Shown here: positions 8,336 to 16,373 of the stretch, piece after piece | Position numbering within the stretch: the first letter of the stretch is position 1 | Layout of the letters: each line of letters opens with the position of its first letter | Virus record (IMG/VR): IMGVR_UViG_3300045988_144346 | Coordinates: 1-64,000 of that record | Length of the DNA: 64,000 bases | Source of the DNA: a virus | Direction: 5' to 3' (one strand) | Notes under the pieces: generated by a model | The model's database searches: none | What the model was told of the DNA's origin: nothing | What the model saw: only the letters and a program-made list of their open reading frames with translations | Position numbers and translations under genes: made by a program

Positions 8336-8641
8336 ATGAGCGAATCCGCTTCCCTTTTCCTCCAAGCCCAGCGCGATCAGCGCACCTTCCGCCGCGCCGC
8401 AGGGCTTCTTCAGATGCTCTCCGACCTGATCTTCTACACGCTCGACGATCTCGACCATCCTCTCGACCCGGAAGACGCAAAGCGCGTCTGCGAATACTGC
8501 GAAACGACCGTCAGTTATCTTTCGGAAGACATGGCCGCGCGGGAAAAGGAGATCGTCGCGCTCTCGTGCGGCGGCTCCGGGGAAAATTTTTCTTCCGGCG
8601 GCGGTTGCAAAACGCCTGTCTGCCCGGCATATAAAGCATAA
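8336..8641 (+). CDS. Hypothetical protein; its 3' end runs into the promoter-like element
   Basis: ATG at 8336 just after the Bro stop. The last ~13 codons are encoded by the repeat element 8603-8641. Confidence 0.4.
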   Translation: MSESASLFLQAQRDQRTFRRAAGLLQMLSDLIFYTLDDLDHPLDPEDAKRVCEYCETTVSYLSEDMAAREKEIVALSCGGSGENFSSGGGCKTPVCPAYKA

Positions 8642-8661
8642 AGCAAAAGGAGGTCACGAAG
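8603..8661 (+). promoter_or_regulatory. TTGCAA-N17-CATATA element copy a, plus leader/RBS
   Basis: GGTTGCAA 8603-8610, 17-nt spacer, CATATA 8628-8633, aaggagg RBS, ATG 8662. Positions 8625-8657 are identical to 62534-62566. Confidence 0.6.
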
Positions 8662-9621
8662 ATGTTTGAAAATTACGATGAGGTTGTCAGAATGTTCACC
8701 GCGCAGATGCGCCGCAACGAGTGGACGGAGGCGTCCATCGAAGCCTACACCGGCACGTTCCGCCGCTTCCGCGAGAGCATGGAGAAGAACGGCTTCTCTG
8801 AGTTCTGCCCGCAGTCGGTCGTCGCGTTCGTAGAGGACGGCAGCTGGTCCATCGTGACAACGGATCTGTACCTGACGCATCTTCGTGCGCTCTCCAAGTA
8901 CGGTGTGTCCATCCGCATCTTCAGCGAAAATGCCGTGCCGGATGAGCTCCGTCCTCCCAAGCGCAAGCTCGCCGCAGCGCACAAGAAGGAATATTCCCAC
9001 ATTCTGGACGAGCAGCAGATCATGGCGCTTCTCAACGCCGAAGAGCCGGTGTATACCCGCAAGCCGCATACATGGCTTCGTGAGAAGGCCGAAGTTACGC
9101 TGCTCTTCCAGAGCGGTCTCCGCAACTCTGAGCTGCGCGCGCTCACTCCCGCCGACCTCTTCTGGGATAAGAAGGCCCTGTACGCCCGCGTAACGAAGGG
9201 AGATAAGCCCCGCGTAGTCCCGTTCCCCTCCGCTTCGCAGGAGGCTGTCAGAGCGTATCTGAGCTCCGGTATTCGCCCGGCGGACGCGGGGGACACCGAG
9301 CCGCTGTTCGGCTGCTGTGACCGTCTCACAGGCGCGTGGAAGAGCTTGGAGCGTCAGCAGCTCTCCACGCTTATCAAGAACTATACCGCGTCCATTCTCG
9401 GCGAAGAAGCCTCCTGCCGTACCCACGCCATGCGCCACGCCTCCGCGTCGTTCCTGCTCGAAAAGGGTGCGCCCATCGAGAGCATTTCCGAAATCCTCGG
9501 CCATGCTCAGCCGTCTACGACGCGCATTTACGCGCAGCGCCTCACCAAGACAGCCCTTGCGGAAACGTTCAGCGATATCCTTGACGCGCCGGTCGCGCAG
9601 AGCGCTCTGCACGCCGTCTGA
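8662..9621 (+). CDS. Tyrosine site-specific recombinase (XerC/XerD/phage-integrase family)
   Basis: Catalytic layout GLRNSELRAL (R) ... HAMRHASAS (HxxR) ... LGHAQPSTTRIYA (H..Y); 319 aa. Confidence 0.85.
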   Translation: MFENYDEVVRMFTAQMRRNEWTEASIEAYTGTFRRFRESMEKNGFSEFCPQSVVAFVEDGSWSIVTTDLYLTHLRALSKYGVSIRIFSENAVPDELRPPKRKLAAAHKKEYSHILDEQQIMALLNAEEPVYTRKPHTWLREKAEVTLLFQSGLRNSELRALTPADLFWDKKALYARVTKGDKPRVVPFPSASQEAVRAYLSSGIRPADAGDTEPLFGCCDRLTGAWKSLERQQLSTLIKNYTASILGEEASCRTHAMRHASASFLLEKGAPIESISEILGHAQPSTTRIYAQRLTKTALAETFSDILDAPVAQSALHAV

Positions 9622-9641
9622 CGCAGTTTTTAACGGAGGTA

Positions 9642-10700
9642 ATGTCCATGTACTACTTCGACCACGCCGCATCCACACCGACGTTGGAATGCGCCTTAGC
9701 GGCTTTTCTGCGGGCGCCAAAAGGAAACCCGGACAGTGCGCACGCCGCAGGGCGAGCCGCAAAGAAGTCTTTGGAGGAATCCCGCGAAATTGTCGCCGCT
9801 TGTATCGGTGCAGAGCCGGAAGAGATTTATTTCTGTTCCGGCGGCACAGAGGCGAACAATCTTGTGATTCACACTATGCTTAAGCACGGCGCCGTACTTT
9901 ACGGCAATACATCCCATGCATCTGTCTGGAACATCCCGCAGTATGCCGTGAACCGCCCGGCGTTGGGGATTTCCGTTCCCTATGTGAACAACGAAACCGG
10001 GGAAGTCCTCTCCAGAAAACGCATCGCAGGGTATCACGCAGAGTATCCGCTCCTGCACCTGGACGGTGTAGCCGCTGTCGGTCAGATCAACGTATTTGTA
10101 AGAAGATTCGATTGCGACTATCTGACCGCCGCAGGGCATAAATTCGGCGCTCCGCAGGGCATCGGGTTTATCTATGTCAGGAAAAATTCGCCGCCGATCT
10201 CTCCGCTTTTCCATGGCGGCGGACAGGAAAACCGTGCTCGTCCCGGAACGCCGTCCGTGGCTCTTGCCGCGGCTATGGCCGCCGCGCTCAAATACCGCCT
10301 CGAAAACATGCGCATGAATCTTGAACGGATGTATTCGGTCCGTGACTACATTATTGACAATGCGCCGTCCATAGAAGGATGCCATATAAACGTGGAAGAC
10401 TTTGGTTGGGATATTGTTCCGCATATTATCTCCATCCGGTTCGACGGTATCCCGTCCGCGCAGATCCTCCCCCTGCTCGATGCGCAGGGTGTCTGCTGTT
10501 CTGCCGGCAGCGCGTGTTCCGCCGGCAGCCGGGAGCCGTCCCGTGTGCTTATAGCCAGCGGATTGTCGGAAAAAGAGGCGCTGGAGACCGTGCGTATCTC
10601 TATCTGCCCGGAGACAACGCAGCACGATGCGGAGATCCTGCTTTCCGCACTGAAAAACGCCGTGGAAAAACTCAGAAAATTATTACCTCGGGCGCGTTAA
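9642..10700 (+). CDS. Class-V aminotransferase / cysteine desulfurase (NifS/IscS-like)
   Basis: YFDHAASTP, GGTEANN, PLP-lysine motif AAGHKFGAPQGIG and active-site Cys motif SAGSACSAGS are all present. The ATG at 9648 has better RBS spacing than 9642. Confidence 0.85.
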   Translation: MSMYYFDHAASTPTLECALAAFLRAPKGNPDSAHAAGRAAKKSLEESREIVAACIGAEPEEIYFCSGGTEANNLVIHTMLKHGAVLYGNTSHASVWNIPQYAVNRPALGISVPYVNNETGEVLSRKRIAGYHAEYPLLHLDGVAAVGQINVFVRRFDCDYLTAAGHKFGAPQGIGFIYVRKNSPPISPLFHGGGQENRARPGTPSVALAAAMAAALKYRLENMRMNLERMYSVRDYIIDNAPSIEGCHINVEDFGWDIVPHIISIRFDGIPSAQILPLLDAQGVCCSAGSACSAGSREPSRVLIASGLSEKEALETVRISICPETTQHDAEILLSALKNAVEKLRKLLPRAR

Positions 10701-10719
10701 TCCTTTATAATAATTTCAG

Positions 10720-10749
10720 AAAAAAGGGAGCCCTTCGGCTCCCTTTTTC
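10720..10749. terminator. Bidirectional intrinsic terminator between convergent blocks
   Basis: aaaaaa-gggagcc-cttc-ggctccc-tttttc; A-run and T-run flank a 7-bp GC stem. Confidence 0.8.
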
Positions 10750-11533
10750 ACATAGTTACAACGATTTCCTTGCGTTTCCCCGTCAGCGTGATCGTCTGCA
10801 CGGCATGGCTGGACGGCAGGAGCATCTTTTGTGCCGCATAGCCGCCGAAATTTAACCAGCTCGTCGTGGACACCACCTTGAACGGGCGCATAGACACCGT
10901 ATTGTTATACGGGTTTATCTTGATCTTGCTCGGCTGCGTAACGAACGGCTTGTGCGTGTGCCCCACAATGAGGCAGTCCATTCCGTCGATGACGTAGCCG
11001 AAGCGCTCGTTGCGGTTCACTGCCGCGCCGGTATAAATGCCGCCTCCGGCGCCGTGCGTGGCCACGATGGTATACGTCGGGTTTGTCAGCCCGTCGGCTC
11101 TCGCTTTCCCCATCTGGATCTTGATGAACGCGATATTCTCGCGGTACAGGTGCTCCAAATCGAGCTTGCACATGATATCGTAGCTCGGATCGTCATCCGC
11201 GTCCTTCAGACTGCGCCGCTCGTGGTTCCCGCTCACGCTGGCAAGAATACGGTCACGCAGCGGCATAAGCATCTGCGTCATCATCTTTTTCTGCTCGCGG
11301 GGGCGCATCGTCTCTTCAAAAACGTTGGATACGCTGTTGCGCGTGGCGTTGTTGATAAGATCGCCAACAAGGATAATACGGACACCGGGATTGGAAAGGA
11401 CGCTCTCGCAGAAGGACGCCCATTCCTTCTCCATGTGTTCAGCAGCACCCAAATGTACGTCGCTGATGGGAATGATTGTCAGATCCGGTCGGTCTTCAAA
11501 CCGGTGTACGACCATCTCAAAATCCGGAAGCAT
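10748..11533 (-). CDS. Calcineurin-like metallophosphoesterase
   Basis: Ordered motifs ISDVHLG, VGDLINN, GNHE, ATHGAGG, GHTHKP. Confidence 0.75.
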   Translation of the reverse strand: MLPDFEMVVHRFEDRPDLTIIPISDVHLGAAEHMEKEWASFCESVLSNPGVRIILVGDLINNATRNSVSNVFEETMRPREQKKMMTQMLMPLRDRILASVSGNHERRSLKDADDDPSYDIMCKLDLEHLYRENIAFIKIQMGKARADGLTNPTYTIVATHGAGGGIYTGAAVNRNERFGYVIDGMDCLIVGHTHKPFVTQPSKIKINPYNNTVSMRPFKVVSTTSWLNFGGYAAQKMLLPSSHAVQTITLTGKRKEIVVTM

Positions 11534-11568
11534 AAATCCGTCGCTCCTTATGTCGTTTCGTCTGCGTG

Positions 11569-12306
11569 TCAGGCAAGCAGCCGGTTCACCTCGTCCTGCA
11601 CGGCCTTAATGAACCATGCGGCGAGCGCGTCCTTGCGAGCCTGTCCGTTGCCCCACTTTCCGGCGATGACCTCGCGGGCCTTTGCCGTGATGAACGGGTC
11701 AACCGTCGTCTCCACGGCGGGCTTCTCGGGTTCCGGCTGCGGCGTCGGTGCCGGTGCCGGTTCAGGTGCGGGCTGCGGCTCTGCGCCGTCCGCCTTACTC
11801 GCAAAGTCGGGGCAGCCATAGCCACGGATGAAGCGGTCATTCACAGCAAGCACACGCTTGTTCACGGCGTTGGCGTTGTTGCCCTCAATGATGGTCATGT
11901 TCTTGCCGTCACAGTCGAGCACGATGCCCACATGGTCTGGGTGGCCGATGTTGTCGGTAGTGGCGTAGTTCGTTGCGCTGTCCTGCCAGTCGTAAAAAAC
12001 GACATCGGCAGGAGATGGGACGTAAGCATCATCCTCCACCCAGCGGTCCAGCTCCTGATAGAGCCGCACCATGCCCGGGCAGCCGCACTCGGTCGGCATG
12101 ATGTCGCGCAGGCCGAGCTGTAGGGAGACCGTGGACACGAACGCCGCGCACCAAAAATCGGTGACTTTCATTTTCCAGCCGCGGGGCAGCGGGCGCTGCG
12201 CATTGTAAATTGCCAACATCTCGAGATGCTTTGCAGTGTTCTCGCGCGTCCCCAGCCACGCAAGAGCGGTGGACACGACTTTCTGTCGAAGTTCGGTTTC
12301 TGTCAT
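11569..12306 (-). CDS. Endolysin: CHAP/NlpC-P60-type amidase/peptidase + Pro-rich linker + CW_7 (Cpl-7-like) wall-binding repeat
   Basis: Cys in DFWCAAFVS and His in GHPDHVGIV...EGN (CHAP layout). Linker PQPAPEPAPAPTPQPEPEKP. C-terminal VIAGKWGNGQARKDAL...VQDEVNRLL. Confidence 0.75.
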   Translation of the reverse strand: MTETELRQKVVSTALAWLGTRENTAKHLEMLAIYNAQRPLPRGWKMKVTDFWCAAFVSTVSLQLGLRDIMPTECGCPGMVRLYQELDRWVEDDAYVPSPADVVFYDWQDSATNYATTDNIGHPDHVGIVLDCDGKNMTIIEGNNANAVNKRVLAVNDRFIRGYGCPDFASKADGAEPQPAPEPAPAPTPQPEPEKPAVETTVDPFITAKAREVIAGKWGNGQARKDALAAWFIKAVQDEVNRLLA

Positions 12307-12431
12307 TACGTTACCTCCGTTGTGGGTGTGTTGTTCGTCTTTGTTACGGTGTTCACGCCACGACCGATGGCAAACCGCGCCGTGTCGCCGCGCGTCAGGT
12401 GGATGGTGTTGTCCTTATCCACTGTGAGCAC
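12306..12431 (-). CDS. Possible 41-aa ORF upstream of the endolysin (no TM segment)
   Basis: GTG at 12431 follows aaggaggagagaaata. The stop overlaps the endolysin ATG (TAATG). Not in the track (<60 aa). Confidence 0.3.
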   Translation of the reverse strand: MLTVDKDNTIHLTRGDTARFAIGRGVNTVTKTNNTPTTEVT

Positions 12432-12445
12432 TATTTCTCTCCTCC

Positions 12446-12952
12446 TTATGGATTGGCTTTGACAAGGGCTTCTTTTGCCGTTCCGTTGACATTCAGCAGA
12501 ACGCGCGTCACTTGTTTCGCCGCGCCGTTCACGTTCAAATACAGCACATCGCCGAGCAGCGCCGGAGCAGTCAGCTTGACCGTGCCGTTGCTTTGGCTGG
12601 AAGAGGTGTCTGCTGCTCCGTAAACAACGGTGATTTCCGTCCCCGCATCAGCTTCTCCAACGAAATACCAATACGTTGGCGTTTTGGGGAGATTGCCGGG
12701 CGTTTCAGCTGTCCCCCGAACACTTCCGATGTCGCAGCGGAGATATAAGCTGCCGTACTCCGGATGATTGCCGTAAGAACCGCCGCTTGGGGACACCAAA
12801 ACACGGACGGCAAACTGTTTCCCTTCCAGCCTTGCAATAGAGTATTCGCCGCTCAGTACAAACCAGTTCTGCTCAAAAAAGTTTGTCTTTGTGATCGTCT
12901 GCTCCCACGCGCTGCCGCTTGGAAGCTCTGGCGCTGTTTTGCTCCATGCCAT
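12446..12952 (-). CDS. Tail-fibre-region protein, function unknown
   Basis: ATG at 12952 follows gaggtgagcggg. The longer track ORF would overlap the upstream gene. Confidence 0.45.
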   Translation of the reverse strand: MAWSKTAPELPSGSAWEQTITKTNFFEQNWFVLSGEYSIARLEGKQFAVRVLVSPSGGSYGNHPEYGSLYLRCDIGSVRGTAETPGNLPKTPTYWYFVGEADAGTEITVVYGAADTSSSQSNGTVKLTAPALLGDVLYLNVNGAAKQVTRVLLNVNGTAKEALVKANP

Positions 12953-12962
12953 CCCGCTCACC

Positions 12963-13556
12963 TCACACAGAATACTGTAGGTATATGTCGCCCGGCTGCC
13001 AAGCGGCGGGCGGCGTTTCGCTCGTCCCGGTGTAGATGTGCCGCACCTGATCGGCGGAAAGCCCGAACTTCGTATACGGGATATCGTCTGCAAGCTGCCC
13101 CGCGCCGACCGTCTTGTCCGCGATTTTCTCCGCCGTAACGGCCTTTCCGCCGAGATTCGCCGTGCCTACCGCGCCATTGGCGTTGGACAGCGCTCCAAGA
13201 TTTGCCAGCGCCGCTGCCGCCGTCGTTGCGCCCGTGCCGCCGTTTGCCACGCTGATGGGGTAATCCACCGCCGTTTTCACAATAAAAACGTAAGTGGAGT
13301 TGTCCGAAAGCGTGGCGGTGTACTCCATACCATCGGCAGTTTCGCCGGTTTTGGCAAAGCTCCGGATGCCGACCGTCGCCGCCACCCAGTATGTCTGCCA
13401 GGTGGGCGAAACGCCCGGTTCGATATTCGAGCAGCCCCGCTTGCACAGATAGGAACCGCCGTTGTGCGTGACAAGATTCAGCGGCGCGTAAGACGCCGCC
13501 GCGCTGTACGCGCCCTTGCTGACTATCGCAGCCTGTCCGAGATTAACTGTTGCCAT
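12963..13556 (-). CDS. Tail fibre-like protein
   Basis: Contains VANGGTGATTAAAALANLGA, a motif common in phage fibre proteins; located in the distal tail module. Confidence 0.55.
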   Translation of the reverse strand: MATVNLGQAAIVSKGAYSAAASYAPLNLVTHNGGSYLCKRGCSNIEPGVSPTWQTYWVAATVGIRSFAKTGETADGMEYTATLSDNSTYVFIVKTAVDYPISVANGGTGATTAAAALANLGALSNANGAVGTANLGGKAVTAEKIADKTVGAGQLADDIPYTKFGLSADQVRHIYTGTSETPPAAWQPGDIYLQYSV

Positions 13557-13576
13557 GTTCGTTTCTCCTTGTACAT

Positions 13577-13924
13577 TTAAACACTCGCCGAAACGATACC
13601 TGTCTCGGCATCAAGTGACATGACGGCAATGTTGAAATTGCCCGCCGCCGTTTGGATAAGACCGCCATCGTCGCTGAGCGACAGAACGGAACCTTCCGTA
13701 TATGGGTCAAAGTGGCTCCAGAGAAGCGCCCCCGTTTCGATATCGATATCCAGCATCGTATATATCACGCGGTCGTCGATGACCGGGGCGATTTTCCGGA
13801 TGAGCGTCGCCATGCCGTCGAGCATCGTCCCGCTCGGCACCGTGACGCCCTGTTCCTCTATGGCAGCCGCTATGTCTGCCTTGGCGCTGTTTATCCGGTC
13901 GATTTGTGAAGGAATACCGGGCAT
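13577..13924 (-). CDS. Tail-module protein sharing a C-terminal module with the Dit-like protein
   Basis: C-terminus ETGALLWSHFDPYTEGSVLSLSDDGGLIQTAAGNF..AVMSLDAETGIVSASV parallels ATGRLLWTTDTPYENGSVLSLNEDGELLQTANGSF..ARMALDADTGTLTATV of 16374..18254. Confidence 0.5.
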   Translation of the reverse strand: MPGIPSQIDRINSAKADIAAAIEEQGVTVPSGTMLDGMATLIRKIAPVIDDRVIYTMLDIDIETGALLWSHFDPYTEGSVLSLSDDGGLIQTAAGNFNIAVMSLDAETGIVSASV

Positions 13925-13942
13925 TGGCTTCCCCTCCTTCGT

Positions 13943-14839
13943 TTAAATGGCCGCCAGCGCCTTTTCGATGTCGTCCGTCAGAGATACCGTTCCGCTGCCG
14001 GAATGCTTTCCGGCCGGTATGGTATAACTCGTAACGGTCAGTCCGTCGATGGTCGCCGTGACCGTTCCCTGATCCGGCATCGTGCCTTCGACCTCCACGG
14101 CGTTCCCGTTGGCGTCAAGGGAAATGGCCGTTTCCCCTGCAAGGATGTCTCCGGCCTCCGCCGTTGCGTTGGAGGCGTCGCCGAATTTTGCGGGAATAGC
14201 TTCCACAGTGAACTTGCTGATTACCTTGCCCGCCGTCGGCGTCATGGTCTGCGCCGTTGTTTTCGGTGTGGCGGTCTTTTCTTCCAGAACAATGCTCACC
14301 TTGCCGGAGCCGGAATGGTTGCCTTTTGGGATGGTGTAAGACTGCTTCCCCGTAGTAGCATCCAGCGTGGCCGTCACCGTTCCGTTTTCCGGCAGAGTAC
14401 CGGCGATGGTCTTGCCCGTCGCGTCAACGATGATCTTGTTGACGAGAACGTCCGCCGCCGTCGCGGTAACGCCGCTCACGTTCTGGTACGCATCCGGTAT
14501 GGGCTTTACCGTCACGGACGACAGGCCGTATTTACCGGCGTCCGGCGTAACGCTCTGCTGGCTTTTTGTCGGAGTGATCTCCTTCGCCTGAAGCACATAG
14601 TTGCCGCCACCTGCCACGCCGAGGACCGTTCCGGAACCGTTGTGGTATCCGGCAGGGATCGTGTAGCTGTCGCCCTCCTTGACTTCGGCGGACACGGCGC
14701 CGTTGTTCACAATGCCCGCGATCGCCGTGGCCAGCTTGTCCAGCGTATCGGCCGACAGCGCAAGCCCAAGGTCGATCAGTTTGTCGCGGATCGTGTTGCG
14801 TGCGGTCTGTATTCTGGTGATTTCCGTGGATGTGGACAC
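13943..14839 (-). CDS. Fibre / receptor-binding candidate with three internal repeats
   Basis: YTIPAGYHNGSGTV, YTIPKGNHSGSGKV and YTIPAGKHSGSGTV are spaced about 90-110 aa apart. Confidence 0.5.
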   Translation of the reverse strand: MSTSTEITRIQTARNTIRDKLIDLGLALSADTLDKLATAIAGIVNNGAVSAEVKEGDSYTIPAGYHNGSGTVLGVAGGGNYVLQAKEITPTKSQQSVTPDAGKYGLSSVTVKPIPDAYQNVSGVTATAADVLVNKIIVDATGKTIAGTLPENGTVTATLDATTGKQSYTIPKGNHSGSGKVSIVLEEKTATPKTTAQTMTPTAGKVISKFTVEAIPAKFGDASNATAEAGDILAGETAISLDANGNAVEVEGTMPDQGTVTATIDGLTVTSYTIPAGKHSGSGTVSLTDDIEKALAAI

Positions 14840-14851
14840 GTTGTTCCCTCC

Positions 14852-16360
14852 TTATATTTCCGCAAGCAGCGCGTTGATGTTCCCTATGGATTCGCTGACC
14901 GCTGCCGATGTGATGGGGTGTTCGTTGCCTTCCTCCGGTGTCTGCGCCTTCACGAGGCTCACAACGCCGTTCTCTGTGGAGAAATCGTCGCTGAACGTGA
15001 GATCCGTATCGATGCCGGGGTTCGGCTTGGGATCGTCGGGGTTCTCCGGATTATCGGGGCTCGGCGCCGTGCCGGAAATGACGTCGGCAACAATCGTTAT
15101 CTGCGGATAGTCGTTCACGCTTACCGCGTTGATCGTCATCGTTCCCTGCTGTCCGAGCGGGCGGGTGAACCCCTGTACAACGAACCGCTCCGCGGGGTGT
15201 CCCTGCTTGTCGTTGCGCACCACCGTCACGATCTCGTTTTCCACAATGTGGAACATCTGTGTTGAGGTAATCGCCACCTCTTTCGTGAGCGCCGTGGTTC
15301 GCTTCAGTTTCCACTCTGCATAATCGCGGCATATCTCGTCCGAATAGTAGTTCGGCATTTCGAGCCGCTGCGTCTTTAGCCCGATGCGGCTGATGCAGGT
15401 GTCGGAGGCAGGGTCGCGGTTCTGCACCCGCGCCCGCGCCGTCCGTCCTTCGTCAGATGTTGCCCCCGCAACAATGATGTCGTTGTAGACCTCTGTATTC
15501 CGGAATGTATACTCCGCGCCGAGAAACTGCTTTTCTGCGTCGGTGAAGTTCCACAGCACCGGCTTCGTAGCGTCGGCGATATCGTCCTGCGATGGGTCAA
15601 CAATGAGCCTTCCGATATGGTTATACCCCACCCACGCCGCCAGCATCTCGCACAGCCCCAGAACCACGTCTGCAAGCGTTTCATTGTCTGCGGAAAGGTA
15701 TGTATATGGCGTCGTCGTAAGCGGCCACAGCGTGCCGTCTGAGAGCGTCTGCGTCATGTGGTTGTAATAGCCGGTAAAGATCGGCTTGGTCGCATCGAGA
15801 GGGCTCGTCCCGTTGTTGTCCATCGTGAACCGGTCGAGCCGGAGCACGGAGTCGATGGCCTCGAAAATGTTGCTTCCCGCCGCCACCGAGTACGCCCCTT
15901 CCAGATTCCCTCGGAGCGTGCCGTCCAGATTCGCCCATTTGTCCGTCAAATGGTAGGTAACGGTCTTCGTGTCCGGCGTGACGGTTTCCTTCGGCGTGAC
16001 GATCTCGAAGATCCCCTGCGGGATGAGATATTCCGTCCCGTCCGGCAGAAGCAGCCCTTCCAGAATGCGGATCTGCTGTCCGAACCATATCTGCCCCACA
16101 GCGTAGTTGTATTCTTCGTCCAGATTGGAAAGCGTGATATCCGCCTGTCGGCGCGCGCCGTTCTGAAGATTGCAGGCGATAGATCCCTGCTGCAGGAACG
16201 CGCCCGACCGCCGGTTTTTGTAGTCGTTGTCGAGCGCGTATCCCACACTGCCGCTCGGTGTCAGAAATTCCAGGCGCGTCACCTTTGTAAAGTCGGTCTT
16301 CAGCGCGTTCAGATACGCCGCATACCGGTTCTCCGCGCCGATAATCGTTTTGTCGCTCAT
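14852..16360 (-). CDS. Tal-like tail tip protein (position after Dit)
   Basis: 502 aa, directly downstream of the Dit-like gene. The call rests on gene order TMP-Dit-Tal and a general resemblance to prophage tail proteins. Confidence 0.45.
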   Translation of the reverse strand: MSDKTIIGAENRYAAYLNALKTDFTKVTRLEFLTPSGSVGYALDNDYKNRRSGAFLQQGSIACNLQNGARRQADITLSNLDEEYNYAVGQIWFGQQIRILEGLLLPDGTEYLIPQGIFEIVTPKETVTPDTKTVTYHLTDKWANLDGTLRGNLEGAYSVAAGSNIFEAIDSVLRLDRFTMDNNGTSPLDATKPIFTGYYNHMTQTLSDGTLWPLTTTPYTYLSADNETLADVVLGLCEMLAAWVGYNHIGRLIVDPSQDDIADATKPVLWNFTDAEKQFLGAEYTFRNTEVYNDIIVAGATSDEGRTARARVQNRDPASDTCISRIGLKTQRLEMPNYYSDEICRDYAEWKLKRTTALTKEVAITSTQMFHIVENEIVTVVRNDKQGHPAERFVVQGFTRPLGQQGTMTINAVSVNDYPQITIVADVISGTAPSPDNPENPDDPKPNPGIDTDLTFSDDFSTENGVVSLVKAQTPEEGNEHPITSAAVSESIGNINALLAEI

Positions 16361-16373
16361 GCCGCCTCCCTCC

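Noticed and set aside
10701-10749. Prophage end / att site at the convergent junction after the lysis module
   Set aside because: There is no similarity to the tRNA-like core at 52045-52082 and no direct repeat. The sequence is fully explained as a bidirectional terminator.
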